A DNA stretch of 64,000 nucleotides, taken from contig NIVC01000684.1 in the NCBI GenBank assembly GCA_002269645.1, positions 372,001 to 436,000 on the forward strand, written 5' to 3'. The notes below the pieces were generated by a model. It was not told where the DNA came from and ran no database searches. It saw only the letters and a program-made list of their open reading frames with translations. Made by a program: the position numbers and the translations under genes. The first letter of the stretch is position 1; each line of letters starts with the position of its first letter. Positions 26,035-38,747 of this stretch are shown here, piece by piece. Source of the DNA: Macrostomum lignano. Lineage: Eukaryota.

Positions 26035-29000
26035 ATGCTACTAATTGAGGACGCCTACGGCAGCCTCGATGAGGACGGGGGCGACGAGGAAACTTCTTCG
26101 ACCACTGCGTCCACTGCAGCAGCCAATGCGGCGGCTGCGGCGATTGACGGCGCTATGTCGGCTAAACGACAGTTGCAGTTTATGCAATTGTGGGGCGAGC
26201 GTCGACAACAACTCACTAGGACTGCAGACGAGCCGAAGCAACAGCAGAAGCAGCCGCCAATGCCAGTCATCGTTGAAGACGACAAAAAGTTAACTGAGCA
26301 GCTAATAAACTCCCGAATGTTTATTCCTAGCAGCGCGTGGCGCGGTCTCCCCGAGACTCAACAGTTGCCAAGCAATTATTCCATTCAGCCAAGCGGCAGC
26401 CAACTAGCAAACCAGAGCGACGCCAATCAGAAAGATTACGACGACGATGACGAGAACGACGATGCTGACGACAGCGCCTCCGATATGTCCTCCGAGGAAG
26501 ACAGCAGCAAAGATAAACAGGAAGCCGACTGTCTTGCTAGGGCCGATCAGATCACTAGTGACGAATCCGCAGTCAGCGTCCAGTCTTTGTGCGAAGCTGC
26601 TGCGGCCGCTGCTGCTATCGCTTCGACAAGTGGTCACGACGAAGCGTCGAACGGCCAGACGACGAAATCGTCGACAGCGGCGCCTGGGACGACGCTGCGA
26701 GAGCCGGCGGAAATCGCTGCTCTGCTGCAGAACATCCGCTTGGGCAGGCGGGAGCTGTACGCCGAAGATTCCTACGCTGTGCGTCTCGAGCGCGACATTC
26801 GAGCCGAGCTGCGCACCGAACTCGAAAGGCAGCAGCGTTTGGACGCTCGCCTCGATAGCTTGAGCATCGGCGATGAGACCGAAGCGGTCACAACCACGCC
26901 GGCGGAAGGTTGTCCGCAACCAAACGTCTCAACGACTGCTTCCGTTCCGGTTCAGAGCCAACAACCAAATCAGACGACGAGTCAACAGGAGAGCGTTCTC
27001 AACAGTGTTGGCGTCGCTGCTTCAAGTCTGGCAAAGCGAATCAAGCGACGCATCGGAGGTGGTACTGGCGTCGGTGGTGCTCGCGACAGTGGCGAACCAG
27101 CGCCGGCTCAGCAGCAGGAGGAAGCTCGTCTGGATCGCGTCGCCGCCAAAAAGTCGCTGCAAGCGTCCACGGAGGCGGCCGCTAGAAAAAAGAAGAAGAA
27201 AATTGCAGCAGCGCCTCTGTTGAGACGACGCGACATCGGAAGCAGCAGCAGCAGCAACAGCACTAGTGACAGCAGTAGCAGTGACAGCGATCCGCACGTC
27301 AACAACAGGTGTCTATGGCGCAAGTCTCGAGTGAGCAACTCGAACTTGAGCAATTCGAACAGCAGCAATGCCGCCCCTTCTGATAGTGGCTCCTCCAGAA
27401 GTTCGCAGCTGGACACAGGTGAGTTAGACAACAACCAACTAGCTGCCGAAGAGTCCAACAGTAGTTTACCAGCTAGGCGACCAGTTTTCCGAGCTCAAGA
27501 TAAAGTAGCTCCATCGAAAAAGCCGGACAGTACCGCTCTGCCGGCCATCAGCGGCCGGGGTACAAAGCTTAACGTGTCCGAGTTTGAAGCCGATCCCAAT
27601 CAGTCCGTGCACTTGGGCCACGTCTACCAATCGGTGGAGCAGCTTGAGCCGTCAGGAGCTGTTCGGATCCTCGATCCGCGTCAGATGCTTGCGGACCTGG
27701 ACGGCGGCTGGCCGACGGACCAGCTGCAGTCGGCTCCGTCGAACTGCGAAGTGTCCAGCGACTCTGTTGCGTTCAAGCCGGAAGTTTCTTCCGCGACAGC
27801 TTCCTCGCGTTTACATAAATCTATACAATTTAGCACCAGTGCCACTGCTCAACCGAAGTCGTCTTCCACAACCTATTCGCCACAGTCTAATTATCGACAG
27901 CCGCGTCATCAGCTGGCACAATGTGACCAGAAAAATCCGGACCCGAATCAGCCTCGGGAGCGTCGAGAGGAAGCGCTCGCTAAGCCGCGCAACACGTCCG
28001 CCGATCCTGCTAAGCTTCATGACAAGCGCGACGAGCGAGGCCGCACGAGAAGTCAGCTGATGCAGCAGTCTGACAAGAAATGGATTGACATCGAATTGCC
28101 AGGCGTATTTGATAGGCCAAAAGTGTTGAAAAAATCTGAACTGCCCGTCGACGAAGTCGCTAAGCGAATCGTAGCGCATCGGCTGAGTCGGTCTACCTAT
28201 TTAGATAGTAGTCAGAGTGGCAGAACGGATGCCCGATCCCCGGCGCTCAATAAACCAAAACGGGAAAACAAAGACTTTGACGAGTCCAGCACGAACAGTA
28301 GCATGGATAGTGACGATTTGGACTTCCAGCGCAGGCGATTTACCAGCGGTCATCACGGACGCATCAGCGTTACGAACTTTAAGGTAAAAATGGATGTTGT
28401 TAATAAAAAATGGCTTTGACTTTGAACTCCCTACTTATAGAATCTGTTTCCCATAACTTGGCACATTTACAACAGAATGCTAGACCATTTAATGTACACG
28501 GTCTACTTCTAAAGATGGGATTAGGTTTTTTTGTAAAATGTCAACCAATTGTGTCTGCGTCGAGGGATCTACGAGGTCTTCAAAGTAATAAAAATTAATA
28601 CTAAATTATAACTTTTACCAAGTGACATATAAACCTAAAAGTTTTAATGACCAATTGTAACATTGTATTCGTCAAAACATTTTGAAGGCTCCAAATACGT
28701 TGACGAGTTTGTCTCGACCTGGCACTCTGGCAACACCAAGTCAGCCATCATCTCAGGCTCATCAATTGCCACAGCAGAAAGACGCCAAGCGTTCGCCAAC
28801 AGACAGTGACTGGCACAACCGAAACTCTTCAAATCGGGCACGACGTTTGAATCGGCATCGTCAGCTAGAGGTGACGGAGCTCAAGCTGGCCATGCACAGC
28901 ACCGAGCCGCACTTCTATTCCGATAGTCGCGAACCTTGCACCGGCGTATGCGGCGCCAGCTTTGTGCCCGTGTCGCGCCGGTGTCGCCAAGCTGTGCTGG

Positions 29001-30622
29001 TTCAGTCGCAGGCGGTTCACTCGGATCTGCAGCTCCGTCGGGTTCAAGTCAATCCCAGGGCTAGGCGTAAGAAATCTCTGCCGCCAGTCGGCAAACGCCA
29101 GACACAGGCCCCCGGTGACCAGTCGTCGGATTTGAGCAACAACAACAGCAGCAGCGGCGGAGCTAGCGACAGAGGCGACGCCCGATGGAATCATCAGAAG
29201 ATCCTACCGAGGTAAGCGCACATGTGCCAACGTAGCGAGAACTGCTGGTAGTAATAGAAGTAGTTGAACGCTACAGAATTATAAAAAAATCGATTTAAAA
29301 TGGTTTTATAAAAAATTATAGAATATTAAAATTTTATACAGATTTTCTCCTCTCAAGATAATCTGTAGCGAAAGCAATGTATTTTGCAAAACATCCGTAT
29401 AGAGAAAAGACAGTACATTTGTATTTTTCCTGCTTCCAATAGGTTTTAGAAAAACAGAAGCCTAAAAAAGAGAGAAAGAACAGCAGTAGGGTGTCAGCGT
29501 CAGCCAGCAGGCAGGCAGTCAGTCATCAGCAGCACCTCGTGCACCGGCTGTGGGCAGTACAATTCGGCGTGGATGATGTGGTTTTTTAGTGACTCTTTGT
29601 AAACCCTTTAACCAAATATTATTGCTGCAACAATAGAAAATTGTCACCTCGTTGATTTTTTAATAAATCCTTTCCACCCACACAACTTTAGTTGTCCAAC
29701 AGGCTCCGAGTACTACAAAGGGTTGGTGTCAATGCTGCAACAGGACAAGCATCTGCTAATCCGAAAGAAAATGGTCCGACTGATAAAAACGCATCGCAGC
29801 CAGCACCGAGAGGAGCCGGCCACCATCGGGCACTGGCTTCGTCTGGGAAGCCTGCCAGAGCCGCAGAAACCAGCCGTCGCCAAGGTCAAACGGGTTCATC
29901 ACGCAGACTCCAATCCGTGCCGTTGCAGCCGCCGTTGGCAGAATTCCCAGCGTCGTCGGACTACTGAAGAGCGTATTCTCGATTTGAATTGTCTCAACTG
30001 GAATGTGTCGCACTGTACGGAGACTGTCGAAAATCCTTCGCTAATGTCGGCTAGCGACACCGAACAGCAGTTGACTCAGTCTCGACAGACTGCACTGCTG
30101 TCATCCTGGATTGATGCCGATCGAAATGATGTAACAAGCACAGTGACGGCAAACTCAATCAGCTGCGGGCGGTGTGACTGCTCATCCACGGTCGGCTATT
30201 TGTCAACATTCGACGCTGCCACACTGGGCAGTCGGTCGTCTTTCGACTTGAAATTTGAGCCGACATTCAAATCGTTCGAGCAACTATCAACTGAGCAGTT
30301 GGCACTGCCGCCAGTGCACGAGGCTGAGAATATTTCGTATCCGGGCTACTTCTACTGCACCAGTTCTATAGTGGAGAACAGTGTTAACCGACCTGAAACT
30401 TTGAGTCTAACAAAGCGTGCAACTAATTTGAAATTTGGCTACAGTCATCTGGTCTACTACATGCCGAATGTCACAGTTTGCAAGCGAGGAAGCGCCCCTG
30501 CTAGCTCACTAAAGTCGCAGTCGCAAAAGCAGCGCAAACTCAAGTTAGCTGACTCTGGTGACTCCGCCGCACTTTTTGTCGCTTGCGAACTTCTTATTCC
30601 GACAAAAATCCAGCAATTCTGA
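26035..30622 (+). CDS. Unrecognised ~1267-aa protein; long low-complexity S/A/Q/D-rich N-terminal part and a Cys-containing, probably globular C-terminal part; 3 exons
   Basis: Exons 26035-28383 (aag|gtaaaa), 28688-29211 (gag|gtaagc) and 29692-30622 (ctttag|). The total of 3804 nt is divisible by 3 and the phases are compatible (0, 2). No family recognised. Confidence 0.72.
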
Positions 30623-32480
30623 CACAAAGTTTCCTCAATGCTTGTGAATTTAAAAAAATACTTTTTGTTTTTGCTCATGATTTCGTTTTGGCCTTGATCT
30701 CTGCATGTTTTAGTTTCCAAAACTGTTTACTTGAACTCGCCTTTGAGAGCTCTTGGAAGAGGAGGTGCGACAACATTAAAACTGATTGCTGCTTTGAGTT
30801 GCATTTTTCATTCTACTCGAATGTACACGCTCTGCGTCCGGCGAGTGAATTGCTAACGCAACGAATCAAACACGTAACTATCAGTCTGCAGTCTGCAGCC
30901 TCGCAAAAGATACGTCGAAACGTAACCTTATACTCAAAATTGAGGCAGTGCCACGCGGGGAAGGTGCCAGGAGATAAAATTATTGGCAAAATATACTCTT
31001 CCTTAAGGCCTTGACGCGCCAGGAAATCAAGCTGAATTTTATGAAGCATCGAAATTGTTTAATTTTTGTGTTTGGCTAAATATCGATCGGGGAACTTTTA
31101 CCATTTTAAATCACCGGCTTTGTTTAATTAAGAGCATGCACACGCTAAAGACTAATCAAATAGATGGATGGGAACTACGTTTCTTGGAAAATTTAGAGAG
31201 GCAGCAGGTTTAGTATTATTCTAATTATTTTAGTTTAAAAGTATATTTTCTTACACAGTAAATGTGCTAAGAATGATAAAATAGATTCATAAAACGAATG
31301 AGTCCAGATGTACCATTTTATTATTTTTTGGCTCAGGGCATGTACGTAAGGGTATCAAATTAACACAAAATATCAATAAATGAACATATGAGTCTGCCTC
31401 CTATCAAAAGCAGTTACAATAGCTATGCGCTTAAAAAAATGAGCACCTTCACTCTCCGTTGTGTATTTTCGGTAAAAACTGCCTCCTAAGTTTCCAAGAA
31501 CCGTACATTGCCATCATTCTACTTGAGTAACGGTTTGTTGCTTTTCGTCAGAGTGTTGGACTTGCATTATCGAGAAAAGTAACTTTCGTCAGTGGTACTA
31601 CCTAAAAGCGTTAGCGTTGAAATTAAAAACAAGCAAGTTTTTTAACGACACAGTTCTTTAAAAATGAAAATGAACATGTTACTCCCTACATTTTGAAAAT
31701 ACTATACTTGCTCTGGCTCTGTTGTTACTCCGTTAACCCATGTAATTAGATTAACTATGATCCGGAAATCAATTTATAAAAAACTAACCCGTTTACTAAC
31801 AGATCAATGGATCAACCCTTTGTTATTAACGGCTAACTTGCCCGAGACTGTTGCATATTATTTGATTGATCAACTAATTAGCTATCTAAATTGTAAAGCT
31901 TTCTACTAATAGGCTTTCGTGTGAATTACTCCTCCAGATGAAGTGTCCAGTGTCCACTTTCTATACTACTAGAGGCTAACTTGAGCGCCCATTATAGAAT
32001 ACTAGACGGTCGTGCTGTTTTGAGCAAAAAGTCACGAATATGTAGAGCTATACTGTAGTAGTAAGGCGGCAATCTGCCAAAGTATGCATACAGCCAAGAA
32101 GATACGACGAAAAGTAGATAATAAAGTGTCGAACAATGGCTCGTGGGCATTCTTTCCAAAGATGAAGAAACGTTGGGCAGTATGGTAGAAGAATTGTGGG
32201 GTACAGCTAAGAGACGCATGCAGACACTGTCATTTGCCGTGCGCTCCTTAGCTTTTTATTATTTTCAAATAAGAAAAAGATAGAAACAGAGAGGAGTTGA
32301 ACTATGCAACTGCACGATAGAACTTGTGCGTCCACCCAAAAAGAGCTGCCTACTTCAAATGAAGAAGCTTTACAATTTCATTCTGAATAGAAACTATTTA
32401 TTACTCGCCGACTTAAGAGTAAAAGCAGCGGAACAGAATCTTCTATATTTGGCTTTGTGTGAAAATTCCGACAGCGTCGA

Positions 32481-35400
32481 ATGCACGGTCGCGCCGGGGC
32501 TCCGTCGATTTTTGTCGATAGTCGACGCTCAACACTGCTAGGCAGTTTCCTTTGCTGCAGCAGCGATGAGCTCAAGCGAGCTAGTCGGGCTCAGCTGCGG
32601 AAGAGTCGCCTGCTGACCGCGCAGTCCGACGACCCGATCGCGGAAACGTTCGCCCAGAAGAAGCGACGCCAATTAGCCTCTGGCGAGCTGTACGAGGATC
32701 CGGAGTTTCCAGCGGAGGCGCACAGTCTGTTCCCGAATCCGGACGCGGCTGGTGACAAATCTTTGGAAGATTTCGAATGGAAGCGCCCACGGGAGATAAG
32801 CTTGACGCCGAAGTTTATTAATAAATCGATGAGCAGATTCGATATTCGTCAGGGCGAGCTCAAGGACTGCTGGCTGCTAGCCGCCGTTGCCTCACTGTCC
32901 ATGCATCGTCGCCTGCTAGAACGGGTGGTGCCCTCCGATCAGGGCTTCGATCGCGACTACTGCGGCATGTTCCGCTTCCGGTTCTGGCAATTCGGCGAAT
33001 GGCGCGAAGTTGTCATCGACGATCGTTTGCCGACGAAGAACGACCGATTGTGCTTCATGCGCAGCCAGGAGGAGAACGAGTTCTGGAGCGCGCTGCTGGA
33101 GAAGGCCTACGCAAAGCTGAATGGCAGCTACCAGGCGCTGGGCGGCGGCAACCAGGCCGAGTCCATGGAAGACCTGACTGGCGGCCTGTGCGAGTCATTT
33201 GATCTGAGCCAACCGCCTGGGGATCTCCTGCAGATACTGTTTCAGGTAGTTTACTGTTTCAGACAGTTTACTTAATTGTTCCTAGAGGGCTTTGAGCAAC
33301 TGTCTAAAATCGAAGCGACAGTCGATATAAGCGGCCAACGAATTGTCAAGCAGCTACTATTATCATTCCGCTGAACTCTAAGCTCACATGAGGACCGCTC
33401 GACGACCTCTAAAAGTTATGCTTCAGGCCTTTACAATTCATCTGAGGCTTGTGCACGCCCCCAGCTGGGGTCGCCCCAAGGGAAAGATTGTAAATTCCTG
33501 ACGGATTACAAAGTCAAAGAGCCGCTGTACACCCTGTGTGAGCGTGTGCATGAGTGCGTGCCTACGTACAGTATTGGCTTAGCTTGTGTGTGCTCAGGAG
33601 CCAGCGGGATGGGCAGGATTGCCTCTCCACTGGTCGTGGGACGATGTCGCCGAAACCCTCCTGAGCTACGTTAGGGGGTCTTCAACAGACCATATTATTT
33701 TATTAACCCCTATGCAAGTTTAAGCATACTCATATGACCCGACTCTAGCTCGACTCTAGACGTTACCTGCAGCTGTAGATCGTTATGTACTGTATTCCAT
33801 ATAATTTTAGACTTAGACTTCAAACTCTAATTTATTTAGGCCAGTCGCAGCCACTCGATGATGGGCTGCTGCATTGAAGGTGCCAGTCAGCAGCAGTCGG
33901 TGCTGCCTAACAAGCTCATCACCGGCCACGCCTACTCAATCACTGACGTTCAAAATGTCACTATGCTAGACGGAAGTCGCCAATGCCTTGTACGATTGCG
34001 TAATCCTTGGGGCAACGAGTACGAATGGGCTGGAGACTGGGGCGATCACAGTCCCACCTGGGACCGGGTCGGCCCGGCCGAAAAGCAACGCCTCGGCGTC
34101 GAAGTTGGCGACGACGGCGAGTTCTGGATGGCCTACGAAGACTTCGCCCGCGAGTTCACCCGCTTAGAGGTGTGCCGGCTCAGCCCCGAGGCAATGTACG
34201 ACGATTCCGGCGCGTCCGTTGATCCGAGAAAACGGAAACGACACTGGGAGATGAGTCTGGAGACTGGCGAATGGGTTGCCAACATCAGCGCCGGCGGCTG
34301 CAGGAACTTCATCGCCAGCTTCCACACTAATCCGCAGTTCCGGGTGGAGATCCCAGCGCCGGATGATCACCAGGCAGCGGCGCAAGGAGAGACTAAACTG
34401 GGCACCATCATTGTGGGACTCATGCAGAAGGTGAGTCTATGTCGTTTAGTAGTCTTGCATATTGTAAGCTTCTATTTGATAAACACCTGACTTAACCATC
34501 GTACAACTGCGCAACGCATATTCCCCGGATGTCACTTAGCCCGATTGTTTGTGCTGACTCTTTCACGAGCCCATAAAAGGTTTTAAGGGTTGGTGATGTA
34601 TGAGGGTTCAAGAAATGTTAGAGTTGTTGAAGTTTTGGGGTGGTGAGGTTGACGCTCCTGGTGCTGATGCCACTGGTGCTGGCGCCCCTGGTGCTGGCGC
34701 CCCTGGTGCTGGCGCCCCTGGCGCTGGCGCCCCTGGCGCTGGCGCCCTTGGTGCTGGCGCCCCTGGTGCTGGCGCACCTGGTGCTGGCGCACCTGGTGCT
34801 GGCGCACCTGGTGCTGGCGCACCTGGTGCTGGCGCACCTGGTGCTGGCGCCCCTGGTGCTCCTGGTGCTACAGCCCCTCCTGTCGCACGATAGCACTCCT
34901 CGATAGCAACAGGTACTGGCACCCGGCCTGGCACTCCCCAAAGACGCAGCCTTCACCCCAATAAATAAATCCTTTGCTGGGCCTCTGCAGTTGACCAAAA
35001 GATATTTTAATTAAATTTCACAACACTCCAATAGGGGGGCCGTAGCCCAGCGGTGTGCCAGCGACCCAGGCTCGATTCCAAGTGCAGTCACATTAATTTG
35101 GGGCTGAATTGGAATCTCGACTTGGCTCTGCTGGTGCAATTAACGGCCTTGAGAGCCAACCCCCCAAGGCGCAGTGAAGTGTACATGCCTAACGATAATA
35201 TAAAGTTAGGGCTGCTGTACACTCCTGTGTGAGTGTGTGCCTGCGTACGTATCCGCGCGCTTGTGTGCCTGCTCAGGGGAGTCGGCGGAATGGGCAGTAA
35301 TGCTTCTCGCCGGTTGTGTGCCTATGTCGCTTAAAGTGCGCCAGGGTGCACACAACCCCCCTGCCTCTAAAAAAACACTCCCATTCACAATCAAGGGTGT

Positions 35401-37381
35401 ACGAAGAGAAGCTGGCGGCGGTCACTTCAAGTCAATAGGCTACTGCATCTACAGTCTCACAAGTCGCGAGGCCGAGTCAGGAACTCTGGATCAGCTGTTC
35501 TTCCGTACGCACCGATTCGTGGCCAAATCAATATTTGCGGATCTGCGCGAAGTCTGCAGTCGGCACCGGCTACCGCCAGGCTATTACGTCATCATACCGT
35601 CGACATTTGCGCCGAACGAAGAGGCCCAGTTTATATTGCGAATCTTCTCAGAGAAGCCGAACCGAGCTGAAACGATGGACACGTGCAGTTGCATCAGCTG
35701 CGGACACGAGACCGGCTTAGCGCTGGTTGCCGGGCGCCAGTCGGTGCTGCACGCGGTTGTCGAACAGCCAACTGACCAGCTCTATAAGGCCTTCATCAAG
35801 TTTGCTGGTGAGTTTGACTACAAATTTTATTTTGTGTGTATAGATCGGGGACAGATTTGCACAGATACTCACGGCTACGGAATTTGGTGTAACTGACCAA
35901 TTGGGCCAGATGTACAACCGACAGCTCAGCATCTGAAGGCTGCCCACGGCTGTTCATTCCAAGGACTGGGGGGTCGCCACACCTGTTTTACAGCTGGGTG
36001 AACTGAAGCAATGCAGAGTTAAGTGTCTTGCTCAAGGACACAAATTGTTCTGAGTTTGTCGAGAATCGAACCCCCGACTTTTCCGACGCTCTAACCACTA
36101 AACAAAAATCCATTCTAGTTCGTTCTAAACAACTTAAAACTGACTAACTTTAGAGCTCCAAGCAGAGATAAATGCATAAATTGTAAAACTGCAGAAGTCA
36201 GAATTGTCATCAAATGCAGATATGAACTTTACTTGCCGATGTTACCATATATTTTTGGGATCCCACATGTAGATAGACAATTGAATAGGTTTGTATCAAC
36301 CTGTGCATGCAGCATCCAGAATTGAAATGTTTCGCTGATTTAAATGTAAAATCTCTCAAAATTGAGTATATTGACCCTATGGCTGTATGTAATTGCATTG
36401 TTTAGAGTCTTCGCAAAAAGGAGGTTGTAGCCTAGTGGTTAGAGCATCGGGCTCGCGCCTTGAAGGTTAGGTTTTTCTATTCCCCATCCCACTAAGAAGA
36501 ATGTGGTCCTTGAGTAATTGAGGTAATTGATGTAATTGAGGCTGGGGTAATTGAGGGTGTGTGTGTCGACCCCCCAGTCCTTGGACTGATCAGCCGTACG
36601 CAGCCTTCAGATGCGCCGCGCAATAGCTGCGGCTGAGCTGTCGGTTGCACATCTGCCCAATTGGGGCAGGTGTAATCAATAATTATTATTATTATCATTA
36701 TTATTATGATTGTCGGCAAACTCCGGCCCAACCCTCTACCCGGCCCTCGGGTCCTCTGAAACTTCACCTCTGAATCCAGCTCGGTCAAGGTTTGTGTCGC
36801 TGCTCTCCTCTCTCTTCTCTCCCCTTTCCTCTCTCCCTTCTTCTCTCATCTCATAAAAAACCCATCGACCCAAACTCGACCTAAACTTTCGCTCAGGTCC
36901 ACCGCGCAAAATCAACGCCCGTCAACTGCAACAGGTGCTAAACGTAACCTACAGCAAGGAGATTAAAAGTTTTCAAGGCTTCAGTTTAGACACAGCTCGC
37001 AGTCTGCTAGCTCTGGTGGACGTTGACATGTCCGGCAGCATGGCTTACGAAGAGTTCAAACAGCTTTGGGGCCAGGTGAGACAGCTTCGCAAGGTGTTTA
37101 AAGAGTTCGACCCAGGAAGCACCGGCTACTTTGACGCATTCAAGCTGCGCGAAGCGTTAAAACTCGGTGGACTCAGTGTTAGCAACAAGGTTTATCACGC
37201 GGTAGCCGTGAGATTCACCGATCGAGACAAAGGCCTCGTAGGATTCGAAGATTTCGTACTGCTGTGCACTCGACTTCAAATTGCGTTCGAGTCTTTTAAC
37301 GCCATGCCAAAATGCGACGAGCAGGGCTCTGTCGGGATGGTGAATCACGACAACTATTTGGAGCAGGCAATTTATAGCTGA
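32481..37381 (+). CDS. Classical calpain (CysPc protease core, C2-like domain III, penta-EF-hand), ~750 aa, 4 exons
   Basis: Exons 32481-33245, 33840-34430, 35396-35807 and 36897-37381 (2253 nt, in frame). Triad motifs QGELKDCW, GHAYS and RNPWG are present, along with FWSALLEKAYAK, NPQF, PSTF and EF-hand loops. The start codon is uncertain. Confidence 0.92.
33515..33680 (+). mobile_element. Partial SINE (central domain related to the 35.0 and 61.0 kb family)
   Basis: gctgtacaccctgtgtgagcgtgtgc...cttgtgtgtgctcagg...gggatgggcag matches the body of the 35034-35375 element. Confidence 0.6.
34665..34870. repeat. GC-rich 15-bp tandem repeat (ggcgcccctggtgct) in calpain intron 2
   Basis: About 13 units read directly. 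Confidence 0.9.
35034..35375 (+). mobile_element. tRNA-derived SINE, family 2
   Basis: Head gggccgtagcccagcgg..ggctcgattcc, short A tail, and colinear with the - strand copy at 60837-61205. Confidence 0.82.
35935..36102 (-). mobile_element. CORE-like SINE, second copy
   Basis: tttacagctgggtgaactgaagcaatgcagagttaagtgtcttgctcaaggacaca and gtcgagaatcgaacccccgac are shared with 24670-24894. Confidence 0.75.
36712..36860 (+). mobile_element. Truncated copy of the CT-interior hAT MITE
   Basis: gtcggcaaactccggccc...cctcgggtcctctgaaacttcac followed by a short CT tract. No right TIR. Confidence 0.6.
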
Positions 37382-37645
37382 TAGCCAACTTGAGTGTGTC
37401 AAATGTCATTCGCCATTAACCGACTGAAGTAGAAGGATCGTAATTCGTGCAAATTTCACTCATTGGGGAAATATCTACGTAGCTACATGTGATTTTTCTG
37501 ACACCTGATTTGCAAGTTTGTTAACGACAGCCAAAGTTTTCAAAAAAGAGAATCATAATTCCAAAGTGGCAGCGAGAAACTCTGGATGCACAGACTGTTG
37601 TGCTTTCTAAAATGGATTTTAGAAAGATTAAAACTCAAGTTAGAC

Positions 37646-38350
37646 TCTTTCTGCTCTCTCCCCTCTGCTCTCTCCCCTCTGCTCTCTCCCCTCTGCTCTT
37701 TCCCCTCTGCTCTCTCCCTCTGCTCTCTCCCTCTGCTCTCTCCCCTCTGCTCTCTCCCCTCTGCTCTCTCCCCTCTGCTCTCTCCCCTCTGCTCTCTCCC
37801 CTCTGCTCTCTCTCCCCTCTGCTCTCTCCCCTCTGCTCTCTCTCCCTCTGCTCTCTCCCCTCTGCTCTCTCCCCTCTGCTCTCTCCCCTCTGCTCTCTCC
37901 CTCTGCTCTCTCCCTCTGCTCTCTCCCTCTGCTCTCTCCCCTCTGCTCTCTCCCCTCTGCTCTCTCTCCCCTCTGCTCTTTCCCCTCTGCTCTCTCTCCC
38001 TCTGCTCTCTCCCTCTGCTCTCTCCCCTCTGCTCTCTCCCCTCTGCTCTCTCCCCTCTGCTCTCTCCCCTCTGCTCTCTCCCCTCTGCTCTCTCTCCCTC
38101 TGCTCTCTCCCCTCTGCTCTCTCTCCCTCTGCTCTCTCTCCCTCTGCTCTCTCTCCCTCTGCTCTCTCCCCTCTGCTCTCTCTCCCCTCTGCTCTCTCTC
38201 CCCTCTGCTGTTTCCCCTCTGCTCTCTCTCCCTCTGCTCCCCCCCTCTGCTCTCTCTCCCTCTGCTCTCTCCCCTCTGCTCTCTCTCCCTCTGCTCTCCC
38301 CTCCTGCTCTCTCCCCTCTGCTCTCTCTCCATCTCCTCTCTCCCCTCCCA
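37646..38350. repeat. CT-rich tandem repeat (ctctgctctctccc)
   Basis: Direct tandem units 3' of calpain. Confidence 0.93.
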
Positions 38351-38747
38351 CTAGATTAATTCAATAATAATACGACTAATATACGCTCGTATTAACAGCA
38401 ACCGGAGTTCATCTCTAAGGAAAGCGAAGCAACTACGGCGTCCAGGAAAATCGGTTTAAAAGTACACTATGTATTCTATAAAATGAGATAGAAGAACCAA
38501 TTGAAACTTGGCCTGCCTGGCAGTAAAAAAACTAAAAATAAAAAAGCCTCTAGCTCATTTTCCCAATCCAACTAATTTTCTCCAGTGAAATTTGCACGAT
38601 TTGCGACCCTCTACGCTACGAGCGCACGTTCGTAGTTGCACCCATTGTTGATCATCGAACTCACGGCGAATTTCATAAGCTGAGTCAATTTTATAGTCAC
38701 ATATTGACGACAGATACTTAGTATACAGGATATTTCTTCTTGTAATA

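Noticed and set aside
34600-34893. GAPGA repeat as a calpain cassette exon
   Set aside because: No convincing acceptor/donor pair, and the frame ends in a stop.
36425-36470. tRNA gene
   Set aside because: Only a 5' half with an A box; no B box or acceptor stem. Best explained as a truncated SINE head.
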